The notes under the pieces are model-generated. The model had not been told where the DNA came from. It ran no database searches and saw nothing but the letters and a program-made list of their open reading frames with translations. A stretch of 64,000 nucleotides of DNA from Porticoccaceae bacterium (GTDB lineage: Bacteria > Pseudomonadota > Gammaproteobacteria > Pseudomonadales > Porticoccaceae): positions 12,858-76,857 of the forward strand of contig JBJKZE010000002.1 of NCBI GenBank assembly GCA_045560645.1. Direction: 5' to 3'. Of this stretch, positions 1-10,969 are shown in pieces. The translations under genes were made by a program, and so were the position numbers. The stretch's first letter is position 1, and each line of letters opens with the position of its first letter.

Positions 1-42
1 ACTCAGCCAGTTGATGTTCTTAACTACAAACAAGCTAAATAG
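1..42 (+). CDS. coxB: C-terminal fragment of cytochrome c oxidase subunit II (partial)
   Basis: Frame 1 reads TQPVDVLNYKQAK* and ends 12 nt before coxA, the usual position of coxB. Confidence 0.55.
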   Translation, partial: TQPVDVLNYKQAK

Positions 43-54
43 GGAGTTTTCGAT

Positions 55-1629
55 ATGGCACATGGTCCCGCAACATTAGCTGACGGTTGGTCAAAATACA
101 TAAGCCGTTGGATATTTACTACTAACCACAAAGATATTGGCACGTTATACCTATGGTTTAGCTTTGCTATGTTTATTTTGGGTGGTTCGTTCGCGATGAT
201 TATTCGCGCTGAGCTATTCCAGCCAGGTATGCAATTAATTAAACCAGAATTCTTTAATCAGATGACGACTATGCACGGTCTGGTGATGGTATTTGGCGCG
301 ATTATGCCGGCCTTCGTTGGCTTGGCCAATTGGTTGATTCCGATGATGATCGGTGCGCCAGATATGGCACTTCCGCGCATGAATAATCTAAGTTTCTGGA
401 TTCTACCTTTTGCGTTCGCAATTCTTGTTGCTACATTGTTTATGGAAGGTGGCGGCCCTAACTTCGGCTGGACTTTCTACGCGCCACTATCAACCACCTA
501 TGCCCCAGATACAGTGAACTACTTTATCTTTGGTGTGCATATTATGGGTGCATCATCGATTATGGGCTCAATTAACATTATTGCTACTGTTATGAATATG
601 CGCGCACCAGGCATGACTTATATGAAAATGCCTATGTTTGTATGGACTTGGTTGATCACTGCGTTCTTGCTGGTTGCTGTAATGCCAGTATTGGCAGGTG
701 CTGTAACTATGATGTTGATGGATATCAACTTTGGTACTAGCTTCTTTGATGCTGCAGGTGGTGGTGATCCAGTGTTGTTCCAGCATATATTCTGGTTCTT
801 TGGACACCCTGAGGTCTATATTATTATTCTGCCAGCCTTCGGTGTGGTATCTCAGATTATTCCTACCTTTAGTCGCAAGCCATTATTTGGTTACTCGTCA
901 ATGGTATATGCGACGGCGTCAATTGCCTTTATGTCGTTTATTGTATGGGCACACCATATGTTTACTGTAGGTATGCCAATCGCCGGTGAGCTGTACTTTA
1001 TGTATGCCACTATGTTGATTGCGGTTCCTACTGGGGTGAAGGTATTTAACTGGATCACTACGATGTACAAGGGTTCATTAACATTTGAAACCCCCATGCT
1101 GTTTAGTGTTGCCTTTGTTATTCTATTTACCTTTGGCGGCTTTACCGGCTTGATGCTGTCGATTGCTGCGGCTGATATTCAGTATCATGACACCTACTTT
1201 GTTGTCGCGCACTTCCACTATGTAATGGTGGCAGGTGCGGTATTTAGTGGTACAGCGGCGGTTTATTACTGGTTGCCTAAGTGGTGTGGAAAAATGTACG
1301 ACGAGACCATGGGTAAGGTACAGTTTTGGATTGCCTTTATCGGCTTTAATATTACCTTTATGCCTCAGCATTTCTTGGGCCTAGCAGGCATGCCAAGACG
1401 ATATGCTGACTACGGGCTTCAGTTTGCCGATTGGAATATGGTGTCGAGTATTGGTGCCTTTATGTATGGCGCTGCTCAGATTTTATTCCTATTTAACGTG
1501 GTTCGTACTATTACTCACGGCAAGCCAGTGGATAAGCCAGAGGTTTGGGAAGGTGCAGAAGGTTTGGAATGGACAGTTCCAACCCCAGCGCCTTATCACA
1601 CCTTTGAGAAACCACCGCAGGTTAAATAG
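55..1629 (+). CDS. coxA: Cytochrome c oxidase subunit I, A1 type
   Basis: TTNHKDIG, GHPEVY (A1 motif), WAHHM, VAHFHY and MPRRY motifs; GGAG RBS. Confidence 0.98.
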   Translation: MAHGPATLADGWSKYISRWIFTTNHKDIGTLYLWFSFAMFILGGSFAMIIRAELFQPGMQLIKPEFFNQMTTMHGLVMVFGAIMPAFVGLANWLIPMMIGAPDMALPRMNNLSFWILPFAFAILVATLFMEGGGPNFGWTFYAPLSTTYAPDTVNYFIFGVHIMGASSIMGSINIIATVMNMRAPGMTYMKMPMFVWTWLITAFLLVAVMPVLAGAVTMMLMDINFGTSFFDAAGGGDPVLFQHIFWFFGHPEVYIIILPAFGVVSQIIPTFSRKPLFGYSSMVYATASIAFMSFIVWAHHMFTVGMPIAGELYFMYATMLIAVPTGVKVFNWITTMYKGSLTFETPMLFSVAFVILFTFGGFTGLMLSIAAADIQYHDTYFVVAHFHYVMVAGAVFSGTAAVYYWLPKWCGKMYDETMGKVQFWIAFIGFNITFMPQHFLGLAGMPRRYADYGLQFADWNMVSSIGAFMYGAAQILFLFNVVRTITHGKPVDKPEVWEGAEGLEWTVPTPAPYHTFEKPPQVK

Positions 1630-1637
1630 CCTTGGTC

Positions 1638-2186
1638 ATGAAAGCTAGCCATCGCCCCCTATTAGCCAAGTTATTGGCAATGGCGGTGGCTATGTTTTTA
1701 TTTGCTGTTTTTGTCCTGCCGCCGCTATACGATTTGTTTTGTGAGATTACTGGTATTGGTGGTAGAACAGATGGCAAATATGAAGCTGTTAATGTGAGGG
1801 TTGATACCTCGCGGCAGGTGGAAGTGCAGTTTGTTGCAGCTAATAACGCAGAGATGCCATGGGAGTTTTACCCAATGGAATACAGCGTTGTTGTTCATCC
1901 TGGCGAGTCTAGAGCGGTGAACTTTTTTGCGCACAACACCACTGGTGAGGATATGATTGCTCAGGCGATACCTAATGTGTTGCCAAATAATGCAGCAGAC
2001 TATTTTCACAAAACTGCATGCTTTTGTTTTGATAACCAGCCGCTGGCAGCAGGCGAGCAGGCTGAATTGGGACTAGTATTTATACTAGACCCAGATTTAC
2101 CGGATAGTGTGAATACTGTCACGCTATCCTATACATTATTTGATATAACAGATCGTTCACAGGTATCGATCTCACAAGTACAGTGA
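1638..2186 (+). CDS. ctaG: Cytochrome c oxidase assembly protein CtaG/Cox11
   Basis: PLYDLFC and CFCF copper motif; ATG at 1638 preferred over TTG at 1632. Confidence 0.95.
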   Translation: MKASHRPLLAKLLAMAVAMFLFAVFVLPPLYDLFCEITGIGGRTDGKYEAVNVRVDTSRQVEVQFVAANNAEMPWEFYPMEYSVVVHPGESRAVNFFAHNTTGEDMIAQAIPNVLPNNAADYFHKTACFCFDNQPLAAGEQAELGLVFILDPDLPDSVNTVTLSYTLFDITDRSQVSISQVQ

Positions 2187-2231
2187 CCTTTTTGCTTTAA
2201 CAGGCGATAGGTCCAGAAACGGAGAACACTG

Positions 2232-3176
2232 ATGTCAACAGAAAGTAATTATTACGTACCAGAGCAAAGTAAGCTGCCAATTTTTGCCGCCACAGGCATG
2301 GGCGTGTTAGCTTTTGGTGCGGCTAGCTGGGTAATCGAAGGCGGATCGCCAACGATTTTCTTAATCGGATTACTCATTTTATCACTGGTTATGTACAAGT
2401 GGTGGAGCATTGTTATCGATGAAAATATGCGTGGGCTTGCTAATAAGCAGCTTAAACACTCATATGTTCTGGGTATGCTGTGGTTTATTTTCTCTGAGGT
2501 TATGTTCTTTGCGGCTTTCTTTGGTGCTCTTTTTTATGTCAGAGTGTTTGCTAACTCATGGCTAGGCGGTGAGGCCGCGGTAGGCTTATTTGACGATACT
2601 CCAACCGATGCTGCAGCAGCTAACAACGATATTCTGTGGCCTGGGTATCAGGCTGAGTGGCCGGTGATGGTAACTCCAGATCAGGCAGCTAATGGCGATG
2701 CGGCACAGTTTAAAGGGCCTGAGCAAAATATGAATTTTCCGGGTTGGAGTAAGCTTTTAAGCTGGTTGCCACTTTGGAATACAGTGGTTCTAATGACCTC
2801 AAGTGTAACTGTTCATATTGCTCACACTGCACTTAAAAATGATAATCGTAAGAAATTTAATACTTGGCTAGGTATTACCGTTGGTCTTGGTATTATATTC
2901 TTGTTCTTGCAGGCTGAAGAATATATCCACGCATACCAGCATATGGGCCTTACTCTTGAAACGGGTATTTATGGCACTACTTTCTTCCTGCTTACGGGCT
3001 TTCACGGTGTTCACGTAACCCTTGGTACTTGCATGCTGTTAGTTCAGTGGTTGCGAGGCTTAAAAGGCCACTTTAACCACGAAGATCAGTTTGGTTTTGA
3101 AGCATCTTCATGGTATTGGCACTTTGTTGATGTTGTTTGGGTAGGGCTGTTCTTATTTGTCTATGTGCTAGCCTAG
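2232..3176 (+). CDS. coxC: Cytochrome c oxidase subunit III
   Basis: FIFSEVMFF, TGFHGVHV and WYWHFVDVVW motifs. Confidence 0.97.
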   Translation: MSTESNYYVPEQSKLPIFAATGMGVLAFGAASWVIEGGSPTIFLIGLLILSLVMYKWWSIVIDENMRGLANKQLKHSYVLGMLWFIFSEVMFFAAFFGALFYVRVFANSWLGGEAAVGLFDDTPTDAAAANNDILWPGYQAEWPVMVTPDQAANGDAAQFKGPEQNMNFPGWSKLLSWLPLWNTVVLMTSSVTVHIAHTALKNDNRKKFNTWLGITVGLGIIFLFLQAEEYIHAYQHMGLTLETGIYGTTFFLLTGFHGVHVTLGTCMLLVQWLRGLKGHFNHEDQFGFEASSWYWHFVDVVWVGLFLFVYVLA

Positions 3177-3193
3177 ACCGCCTTAGCTTGAAT

Positions 3194-3223
3194 AAAACGG
3201 CCAGGCATTGCCTGGCCGTTTTT
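3194..3223. terminator. Bidirectional intrinsic terminator
   Basis: AAAACGGCCAGGCA-T-TGCCTGGCCGTTTT inverted repeat with A/T tails between convergent genes. Confidence 0.85.
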
Positions 3224-3234
3224 GGTTTAACTGT

Positions 3235-3498
3235 TTAATTTTTGGGTGTGGGTTGAAAGGGTGTGGCATTTTCAGGATGCAGTTGGCGATCCCAGGGCGC
3301 AGTGCTATTTAATTGTCCACTGTAAGTGCCATAGATAACACAGGCAATCAGAAGGCTGGCAAGGCCAATTCTTATGCCTAGTGCGTACAGTAGACGCTTG
3401 CTGGCGTTTCCCATGTCTTTGACTAAGAAGTTAAGTCCGCCAAATAGGCTTGCGATAACACCGATAAATAAAATGACAATAATTACTTTTAATAGCAT
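3235..3498 (-). CDS. Twin-transmembrane-helix small protein (DUF2909-like)
   Basis: Two hydrophobic helices, ASLFGGLNFLVKD and RIGLA; conserved antisense position between coxC and SURF1; ATG at 3498. Confidence 0.85.
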   Translation of the reverse strand: MLLKVIIVILFIGVIASLFGGLNFLVKDMGNASKRLLYALGIRIGLASLLIACVIYGTYSGQLNSTAPWDRQLHPENATPFQPTPKN

Positions 3499-3537
3499 GA
3501 TTAAATCCACTGTTGAGATAGGAACATTTAACCACAG

Positions 3538-4290
3538 ATGACTGACTCGGCTCAAAAAACAAATGCTTTTAAATGGCAGCCCAATGCTAAATTATTAGTA
3601 TTTTCACTGCTAATGTTGCCTTTATTGCTATGTTTGGGGGCATGGCAGCTTGATCGTGCTGATGAAAAGCAGCAAATAGTTAATCATCATGCAGTCAATC
3701 AGCAATTGCCGCCAGTAACAACTGTTGAAGAATTAGTAGCTGACCGCGATCATCAATATCGCCTTGCTTGGCTCCCCACTAAAGTGGATAACCAGCGGGT
3801 TATTATTCTTGATAACAGAGTTAAAAATGGACGTCCTGGTTATGAGATTTTACAGGCGGCTAAAGTGTCAGGTTTAACCGACAAAGTACTGATTAACAGA
3901 GGCTGGATTGAGGCTTCACTGGATCGCAATATATTACCGTCAATTTCACCGATAGAGGGTGAGGTTCAACTGCGCGGCTATTTATATCATGCTTTAAAAG
4001 GCGGTTATCGTTTGGATGACGGTATTAGCCAAGTGCAGGACTGGCCTAGCCGAGTAGGCTGGATAACTGTAGAGCGTGCGGAAGAGTTATTTGGCGAGTC
4101 CTTTTTGCCCTATCAGCTGCGTCTAGATCAAGATTCGATCGGAGCGCTAAAAACCGGCTGGACAACGGTGGCAGTTAAGCCAGAAAAACATGTAGGTTAT
4201 GCGGTGCAGTGGTTTGCTATGGCGATCACCTTGCTCATAATGACTATTATTGCTAACTCAAATATAGTGAGTTGGCTTAAAAGACCATAA
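3538..4290 (+). CDS. SURF1/Shy1 family oxidase assembly protein
   Basis: LGAWQLDRA, INRGW and HVGYAVQWF motifs. Confidence 0.93.
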   Translation: MTDSAQKTNAFKWQPNAKLLVFSLLMLPLLLCLGAWQLDRADEKQQIVNHHAVNQQLPPVTTVEELVADRDHQYRLAWLPTKVDNQRVIILDNRVKNGRPGYEILQAAKVSGLTDKVLINRGWIEASLDRNILPSISPIEGEVQLRGYLYHALKGGYRLDDGISQVQDWPSRVGWITVERAEELFGESFLPYQLRLDQDSIGALKTGWTTVAVKPEKHVGYAVQWFAMAITLLIMTIIANSNIVSWLKRP

Positions 4291-4324
4291 ATAATATACC
4301 CGAATAAGTTTACAGGAATAAATT

Positions 4325-4936
4325 ATGTCAGATCAGAAGTCACTCAACACGAAACAAAAAAGCTTTAGATATCAAATTTGGTTAATGTTGATTATTGTTT
4401 TTGGCGTGATCGCTTTTGGCTTCCTTATGGTGCCAAAATCTGAAGAGCAGCGACAAAAAATGATCGAATTATTTGGCACTACTAATCAGGGTCAATTGGT
4501 CAAGCCAGCAGCCGATATCAGCGCCTTATTGAACGAGATTCCCGTAACAGAAAAGCCAAAGTGGCATATAGTAATAGTTGGTGGTAGTGCCTGTGGTCGG
4601 GAATGTGAGGATATTCTGTTAAATACTCGTCAGATCCATATGTTGCTGGGTAAATATACCGGCCGTGTGCAGCGAATATTCCTGCAAGCACCTAACCAGT
4701 TACTTGATACAGAATGGCTTAAACAAGAGCACCCATTTTTGCAGTTAGCAGATCTGGATAGTGCGCTTTTAAAGCAGTTGTTGGTTAATAACACGGCTGA
4801 TTGGGATATGACAGATACCAGATACTTTGTGGTAACTCCAGATAATAAGGCGATTCTGTACTTTACTGCAGACAATGATGCGAATGGACTGCTTGATGAC
4901 CTTAAACATCTGTTAAAATACTCCCCTGATCGTTAA
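4325..4936 (+). CDS. Conserved cox-cluster membrane protein with thioredoxin-like CxxxC
   Basis: N-terminal TM helix, [23 protein letters not shown]-terminus; usual position after SURF1. Confidence 0.75.
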   Translation: MSDQKSLNTKQKSFRYQIWLMLIIVFGVIAFGFLMVPKSEEQRQKMIELFGTTNQGQLVKPAADISALLNEIPVTEKPKWHIVIVGGSACGRECEDILLNTRQIHMLLGKYTGRVQRIFLQAPNQLLDTEWLKQEHPFLQLADLDSALLKQLLVNNTADWDMTDTRYFVVTPDNKAILYFTADNDANGLLDDLKHLLKYSPDR

Positions 4937-4959
4937 TTTTAGCGATCTTAATCATTTAT

Positions 4960-5868
4960 TTGGAGAAGGTGTTGGAGTCAAAAATAGATAATCAAACAGC
5001 AGTCAGCTGGCGAGACTATTTAGAATTGTGCAAACCCAATGTGGTTGCACTGATGCTTCTTACGTCACTGATTGGCATGCTCCTAGCGACGCCTGACGCC
5101 GTGCCCCTAGATATTTTAATCTTTGGTAATCTCGGGATTGCGCTCTGTGCTGGCGCAGCGGCGGCAGTCAATCATGTGGTAGATCGACATATTGATGAAA
5201 AGATGGCGCGCACCGCCAACCGCCCCATCGCTAAGGGCCGGCTTAGCCCCAATCAGGCTGTAATGTTTGCGTTGCTAATAGGACTTCTCGGAATTGTTAT
5301 ATTAGTGCTGTTCACCAATGTATTGACGGCGTGGCTAACCCTTGCATCCTTAATCGGCTATGCATTTATTTACACTATGTATTTAAAGCGAGCGACGCCG
5401 CAGAATATTGTTATTGGTGGCTTAGCCGGAGCGGCCCCTCCTCTATTGGGCTGGGTTGCAGTGACGGGAGAAGTCCATTACAACGCACTTTTGCTGGTTC
5501 TAATTATATTTGCTTGGACCCCACCGCACTTTTGGGCGTTGGCACTTCACCGCAAAGAAGAATATGCCAAGGCGGATATTCCTATGCTTCCGGTCACTCA
5601 TGGTGAAAAATACACCAAAATCAATATTGTCTTGTATACCCTAATGCTTATTGTGGTAACAGTGATGCCTTATTTGACCGGACTATTTGGCTGGTTATAT
5701 TTGGTAAGTTGCTTGATTTTAGGCGCTGGATTTTTATTCTATGCAGCCCTAATGTGGCTGAACAAAGACTCAGGCATGAGAACCTTTAAATATTCTATAG
5801 TTTATTTGATGGTGCTGTTTGCCATTATGCTACTCGACCACTATTTAGTGCAGTCGGTAGCCATTTAA
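4960..5868 (+). CDS. cyoE: Heme o synthase (protoheme IX farnesyltransferase)
   Basis: [25 protein letters not shown] and [10 protein letters not shown] motifs. Confidence 0.96.
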   Translation: MEKVLESKIDNQTAVSWRDYLELCKPNVVALMLLTSLIGMLLATPDAVPLDILIFGNLGIALCAGAAAAVNHVVDRHIDEKMARTANRPIAKGRLSPNQAVMFALLIGLLGIVILVLFTNVLTAWLTLASLIGYAFIYTMYLKRATPQNIVIGGLAGAAPPLLGWVAVTGEVHYNALLLVLIIFAWTPPHFWALALHRKEEYAKADIPMLPVTHGEKYTKINIVLYTLMLIVVTVMPYLTGLFGWLYLVSCLILGAGFLFYAALMWLNKDSGMRTFKYSIVYLMVLFAIMLLDHYLVQSVAI

Positions 5869-5899
5869 TCAATACTCCCACCGCTAAGGTTTAATCAAT

Positions 5900-6544
5900 A
5901 TGCAACAAAAAAATAGAATTAGAATGACTATTGCGATTCTAATCGCTTTTATATTGTTAGTGGTTTACGGCTTCTCCTGGCGTATGAACCAGCCGGTTAT
6001 TATGTCCAAAGAGCAATTGCAAATAAATGGTGCAATTGTATTGGATAAGCCGCGAATCTTTAGCGATTTTGAGCTAGAAGACCACCGCGGGGAGGTATTT
6101 AATCTAGATCGCATGAAAGGTATTTGGACCATTTTATTCTTTGGCTTTACTCACTGCCCAGATATCTGTTCTACCACCTTAGCTATGCTTAATGAAACAT
6201 ACAGTAAACTCAAGGAGAGCGAAAAAGAGCTTCTTCAGGTAGTGATGATCTCCTTAGACCCTGAGCGAGACACAGTGGAAAAGCTGGCTGAATATGTGCC
6301 CTACTTTAATCCAGAGTTTACTGGGGTCACAGGCAATAAACATTTGATACGCCGGCTAACAGCCGAGCTTAATGTGGCCTATAACCAAGTGCCTTTAAGT
6401 GGCGATGACTATACGGTAGACCATAGCACCCAGCTAATCTTGGTTAATCCGATGGGCCATTATCATGGCTTCTTTAAAGCTCCGCACACAGAAATAACCA
6501 TGCGCAGTACATGGCGCTCTATTAATGGGACTAGTAAGTTTTAA
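5900..6544 (+). CDS. senC: SCO1/SenC copper chaperone
   Basis: FGFTHCPDIC and VDHS motifs. Confidence 0.93.
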   Translation: MQQKNRIRMTIAILIAFILLVVYGFSWRMNQPVIMSKEQLQINGAIVLDKPRIFSDFELEDHRGEVFNLDRMKGIWTILFFGFTHCPDICSTTLAMLNETYSKLKESEKELLQVVMISLDPERDTVEKLAEYVPYFNPEFTGVTGNKHLIRRLTAELNVAYNQVPLSGDDYTVDHSTQLILVNPMGHYHGFFKAPHTEITMRSTWRSINGTSKF

Positions 6545-7809
6545 GTCTTTGTGACTATGTAGGGCGTTAGGCAGCGAAGGGTTTTTTCAATAGCGCCCTG
6601 ATTACTTTGCACAATCTTAAATGCCTCTTTGCCCTGTAGTTTAGCCTTTTCAGGCGAGTTGGCATAAGTAGCTAATTGATCAAATAGAGCACCGGAGTCG
6701 TCGACTTCGGTGCAGGCATTTTTAGCTATAAGCTGGGGGAAGATATGCTTAAAATTATAATAGCTGGGGCCGCTAATAATGGGTATCGCCAAGGCTGCTG
6801 CTTCTAGCGGATTATGGCCGCCCCTATCAATTAAGCTTCCGCCAATAAAAGCGCAGTGAGCGGCACCAAAAAAGGTCAGCATTTCTCCCATGGTGTCGGC
6901 TAGTAAAACAGGCTGATCGATAAAATCTTTTGCACTCCATCGGCCAAAGGCCATTTTTTCATCACACAATAAATTAGCGACTTTATCAAACTGCTCAGGG
7001 TGACGTGGCGCAATGATTAATAAGCTTTTTTTATGGCTGCTGCAAAGTAGTTTATGAGCGGCAATGATTTGCTGGTGTTCCCCCGGGTGCGTGGAACCAG
7101 CTACCCAGACAAAGTCATAGTTTTTGAGAGTTTGTTTCAATTGTTGCGCGCTATCTTTTACATGGTCAGACAGCTGAATATCAAATTTAATTGATCCGAC
7201 GACGCTACACTGTGAATCCTTTAGGCCTAAACGCTTAAAGCGATCAACATCCGATTGATTATGTCCAGCTAGCACTGTGATAGATTGCATCAATTGACGG
7301 CTAAGCGGCGCGATTCGCAGGTAGCCTTTGACAGACTTTTCCGATAGTCGTGCATTGAACACCAGTACCGGTATATTTCGACCCTTGGATTGAATAATCA
7401 GGTTAGGCCATAGCTCAGTTTCAAGGATAATAATTGCCGCAGGCTGAAGTTTATTTAGAAAGCGTTTTACACTACCGTGAAAATCAAGAGGCAAATACAA
7501 CTGCTGCACCGAACGACCAAAGATTTTTATAATTTGCTCAGAACCCGTTGGCGTATTGCAGGTGATGGTAATTTTTTGACTAGGATGCTCAATCATCAAC
7601 TGCTTTATTAATGGGCTGGCAGCCATAATTTCGCCCACTGAGGCGCAGTGAATAATCAGAGTGTTAGTTTGAAGTTTTTTGCCATAAATCCCAAGGCGCT
7701 CAGACCAGCGTTCTCTATAGGCGCTAGCTTTTCGCCCTCTTAGCCATAAATGCAAAAAGATAGCAGGGCTTACAGCATATAAAAAAAACGAGTAAACAGC
7801 TCGTATCAT
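6541..7809 (-). CDS. waaA: Kdo transferase
   Basis: HCASVGE, ETELWPN, SIKFD, GSTHPGE, APRHPE and GGHNPLE motifs. Confidence 0.96.
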   Translation of the reverse strand: MIRAVYSFFLYAVSPAIFLHLWLRGRKASAYRERWSERLGIYGKKLQTNTLIIHCASVGEIMAASPLIKQLMIEHPSQKITITCNTPTGSEQIIKIFGRSVQQLYLPLDFHGSVKRFLNKLQPAAIIILETELWPNLIIQSKGRNIPVLVFNARLSEKSVKGYLRIAPLSRQLMQSITVLAGHNQSDVDRFKRLGLKDSQCSVVGSIKFDIQLSDHVKDSAQQLKQTLKNYDFVWVAGSTHPGEHQQIIAAHKLLCSSHKKSLLIIAPRHPEQFDKVANLLCDEKMAFGRWSAKDFIDQPVLLADTMGEMLTFFGAAHCAFIGGSLIDRGGHNPLEAAALAIPIISGPSYYNFKHIFPQLIAKNACTEVDDSGALFDQLATYANSPEKAKLQGKEAFKIVQSNQGAIEKTLRCLTPYIVTKT

Positions 7810-8097
7810 TTAATATTCCTATCCAATATGGTGCATCTTATCATCTAGCCTGTCTGTTTAGATAGAAAATACTGCGAAGCATATAGATGCAAATGCCGCA
7901 TCTACAGCCCCTAGGCTTGTCTAGGGGCGTGGCCTTGTGGCTCGCCAAATGGCAGAATGTTGGATATGAGTTAAATGTTTATATTCACAATAAATGATCA
8001 TGATAGTCATCTATAAATTAATTGAATGTACCCACTTTTTTTTTAAGTATAGGTGTACAATAAGCTATCTTCCATTTTTATAATTGAAGCAGATAAT

Positions 8098-8685
8098 ATG
8101 ATTTCTAAAGAGATAAAGAACAGTTATTTAGACAGTTTAGAGCGCCATAAAAACGCCTTTGAGCAAATGGATTTATACCATACTCAAGCTTTGGTTCTTG
8201 CGGAAAAATGCTATGCCGCGCTTCAAGCTGGCGGCAAAATAATATGGATGGGCAACGGAGGCAGTGCCGCGGATGCGCAGCATTTGGCGGCTGAATTTAT
8301 GGTTCGCTATAAAAACGAGCGCGGCCCACTAGCCTCGATTGCACTGACTACTGATACATCTATTTTGACCGCTCATTCTAATGACTACCACTTTGATTCA
8401 GTGTTTGAGCGTCAAATTAAAGGGCTGTGTAAGCCAGAAGATATGGTCATAGGCCTCACCACATCAGGCACAAGCCCAAATATAAATTTAGCCCTCACTG
8501 CGACTAATGCTATTGGCGCCTATACGGTGGCACTCACTGGTCGCGATGGCGGAATAGTTAAAGATATTGCCGCTCTACCTATTATTATTGCTAATGATGA
8601 AACGGCGCGAATTCAGGAGGCCCATATGTTTATTGGCCATTGGTTGTGCGAAGCTATAGATGCGCTAGTCGCGGGAAATAGCTAA
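8098..8685 (+). CDS. gmhA: D-sedoheptulose-7-phosphate isomerase
   Basis: [19 protein letters not shown] and RIQEAH motifs; ATG at 8098. Confidence 0.95.
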   Translation: MISKEIKNSYLDSLERHKNAFEQMDLYHTQALVLAEKCYAALQAGGKIIWMGNGGSAADAQHLAAEFMVRYKNERGPLASIALTTDTSILTAHSNDYHFDSVFERQIKGLCKPEDMVIGLTTSGTSPNINLALTATNAIGAYTVALTGRDGGIVKDIAALPIIIANDETARIQEAHMFIGHWLCEAIDALVAGNS

Positions 8686-10127
8686 TGGATCTATCTTATT
8701 TTCAAAAACTCAATAATGTCAAAATACTGGTAGTCGGCGATGTAATGTTAGATCGCTATTGGCATGGTGATACGGCGCGTATTTCGCCTGAGGCCCCTGT
8801 GCCCGTGGTGAAGGTATCCGATTTTGAAGATAAGGCTGGTGGCGCGGCAAATGTGGCAAAGAATATTGTCCACCTCGGGGCTAATGCTAGTTTGCTAGGT
8901 ATTGTTGGCGACGATGACAATGGTCAAAGCTTAAAAGCTTCTTTGGAAAAAGAAGGCATTAGTTCGTTGTTGGTAAAACAGAATCAGGCGCCAACAATTA
9001 CTAAAATACGCATTTTAAGTCGCAGCCAGCAGGTGGTGCGTCTGGATATTGAGCAATCATTTTCACAGCAGCATGCGGATTTATTAAGCGCTGAGTTTGA
9101 GGCGTTAATTGATCAGTTTGAGATGGTATTATTTTCAGACTATAACAAAGGCTCGCTGGCGAATATTGGCAGCATGATTAAGCTAGCGAAGAAAGCGGGC
9201 AAAACGGTTTTGGTAGATCCCAAATCTAAAGATCTTGCCGACTATGCTGGCGCCGATTTTGTAACCCCAAATTTAACCGAATACCATGCGGCAGGTGGTA
9301 TATCAGGTGATGAAGAGCAAATAGCTCAATGCGCGAAAAAAATCATTTCTGAGTGCAATATTGGCGCTATGCTACTGACCCGATCTGAGCAGGGTATGTC
9401 GCTTATTACCTCGACAGAAAAGCATGATTACCCTGCACAAACACTTGAGGTGGCAGATGTTACCGGCGCTGGCGATACAGTAATTGCAACGCTTGCAGTA
9501 ATGCTTGGCACTCAGATGCCGGCTTCACAAGCGGTAGAAATTGCCAATATTGCTGCGGGTATAACCGTGACTCGCTTAGGAGCTGCAACCCTATCCCCTG
9601 AGGAGTTGTCTTCTTCGCTGACAGATTATCTAGAGAAAACAGGTGAAAGCTATCAACCACTAGCGGGCGAAGTATTTGAGCGCATAGAGCAGGCTCGTCG
9701 ACGTGGGGATAAAATTGTATTTACTAATGGCTGTTTCGATATCTTACATGCAGGGCATGTAAGATACTTGGCTCAGGCGAAAACCCGTGGCGATAAATTA
9801 GTGGTTGGATTAAATAATGACGATTCCATATCTCGCTTGAAAGGTGCCGACCGACCCATCAATACCCTTGCAGAGCGCGCAACCGTTCTTACAGCACTGG
9901 CGGCTGTAGATTGGGTAATTCCTTTTGGCTCAGTAGAGCAGAATGACACGCCAGCACAGCTCATACAGCAGCTTAAGCCAGATGTTTTAGTGAAAGGTGG
10001 CGATTACAAAATTGATGAAATTGCCGGTGCTGATTCTGTTTTGGCCAATGGTGGCAGTGTTGAGGTACTGGAGTTCGTAAACGACTGCTCTACTTCAAGT
10101 GTTATCAGTAAAATAAAAGCAACCTAG
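8685..10127 (+). CDS. hldE: Bifunctional heptose-7-P kinase / heptose-1-P adenylyltransferase
   Basis: [26 protein letters not shown] and [14 protein letters not shown]; TAATG overlap with gmhA. Confidence 0.97.
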   Translation: MDLSYFQKLNNVKILVVGDVMLDRYWHGDTARISPEAPVPVVKVSDFEDKAGGAANVAKNIVHLGANASLLGIVGDDDNGQSLKASLEKEGISSLLVKQNQAPTITKIRILSRSQQVVRLDIEQSFSQQHADLLSAEFEALIDQFEMVLFSDYNKGSLANIGSMIKLAKKAGKTVLVDPKSKDLADYAGADFVTPNLTEYHAAGGISGDEEQIAQCAKKIISECNIGAMLLTRSEQGMSLITSTEKHDYPAQTLEVADVTGAGDTVIATLAVMLGTQMPASQAVEIANIAAGITVTRLGAATLSPEELSSSLTDYLEKTGESYQPLAGEVFERIEQARRRGDKIVFTNGCFDILHAGHVRYLAQAKTRGDKLVVGLNNDDSISRLKGADRPINTLAERATVLTALAAVDWVIPFGSVEQNDTPAQLIQQLKPDVLVKGGDYKIDEIAGADSVLANGGSVEVLEFVNDCSTSSVISKIKAT

Positions 10128-10844
10128 CTATAGTTTGTTCTGATAGGCGTTGAAAAGTTGCTGCCATTGTTTTGAATCCCAAAAAAAGCCGCTATTGCGT
10201 CGCTTTTCTTTTATAAAAGATCTGTTTAGTCGCTGTATATTGCCCTTCAAGGATGGATCTAAAGGCGTAATTAAGCGGCCTCGATCAAAATCTATAAGAT
10301 AAACCTTACCGCTATTGTCCAACATAATATTGTTAATATTTAGATCGGCGTGAAACACGCCCTGTTGATGAAATTCAGCAATGGTATGGCCAATATCTGT
10401 AATTTCATCAACTGATAGCGGTCTCTGCTTTAATATCTCAAGTAAGCTTTCGGCGCCAGTTATGGATTCAGTAATAAGGTCGCCGCGATAGACAGCTTTA
10501 TTTACAGTAATTCTGGCTGCTAGTGGCACAGCAACCCTAAGCCCTCTCTGATGTAACTCAATAAGTAGTTGGTATTCTTTGTAGGTTCGGGTGTTTTTTA
10601 GCCCAGTGTAGAGATATTGGTCGCTTAATAGCTTACCAATTAGACCGCCGCGCCAATAATGACGCAACACCCCTACTCCATTAGAGTAATCGAAAAACCA
10701 GGTGGTAGAGCGACCTTTTTTTTCCGCTATAATGGCCCCCTTGCGCTGCCAATATTCCGGTGAAAACCAATCCTGAGTAATATTTAAGGGATTGTTGACG
10801 GCGGTAAGAAGCGTATGATGACCACAATGAAATATATTGAGCAT
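10128..10844 (-). CDS. kdkA: Kdo kinase
   Basis: GRSTTWF, LRHYWRGG, HADLN and IDFDRG motifs; ATG at 10844 preferred. Confidence 0.93.
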   Translation of the reverse strand: MLNIFHCGHHTLLTAVNNPLNITQDWFSPEYWQRKGAIIAEKKGRSTTWFFDYSNGVGVLRHYWRGGLIGKLLSDQYLYTGLKNTRTYKEYQLLIELHQRGLRVAVPLAARITVNKAVYRGDLITESITGAESLLEILKQRPLSVDEITDIGHTIAEFHQQGVFHADLNINNIMLDNSGKVYLIDFDRGRLITPLDPSLKGNIQRLNRSFIKEKRRNSGFFWDSKQWQQLFNAYQNKL

Positions 10845-10969
10845 AAGGGATTTACCGTGATTTTTGGCAGTATAACAAGCTTGATCAGTCAGATACACAG
10901 GGGTAATGGACCATTGTGCATTGGTCATTATTTGTGGCTACTAATTTACTCTACTAATTAAGGCGCGCT

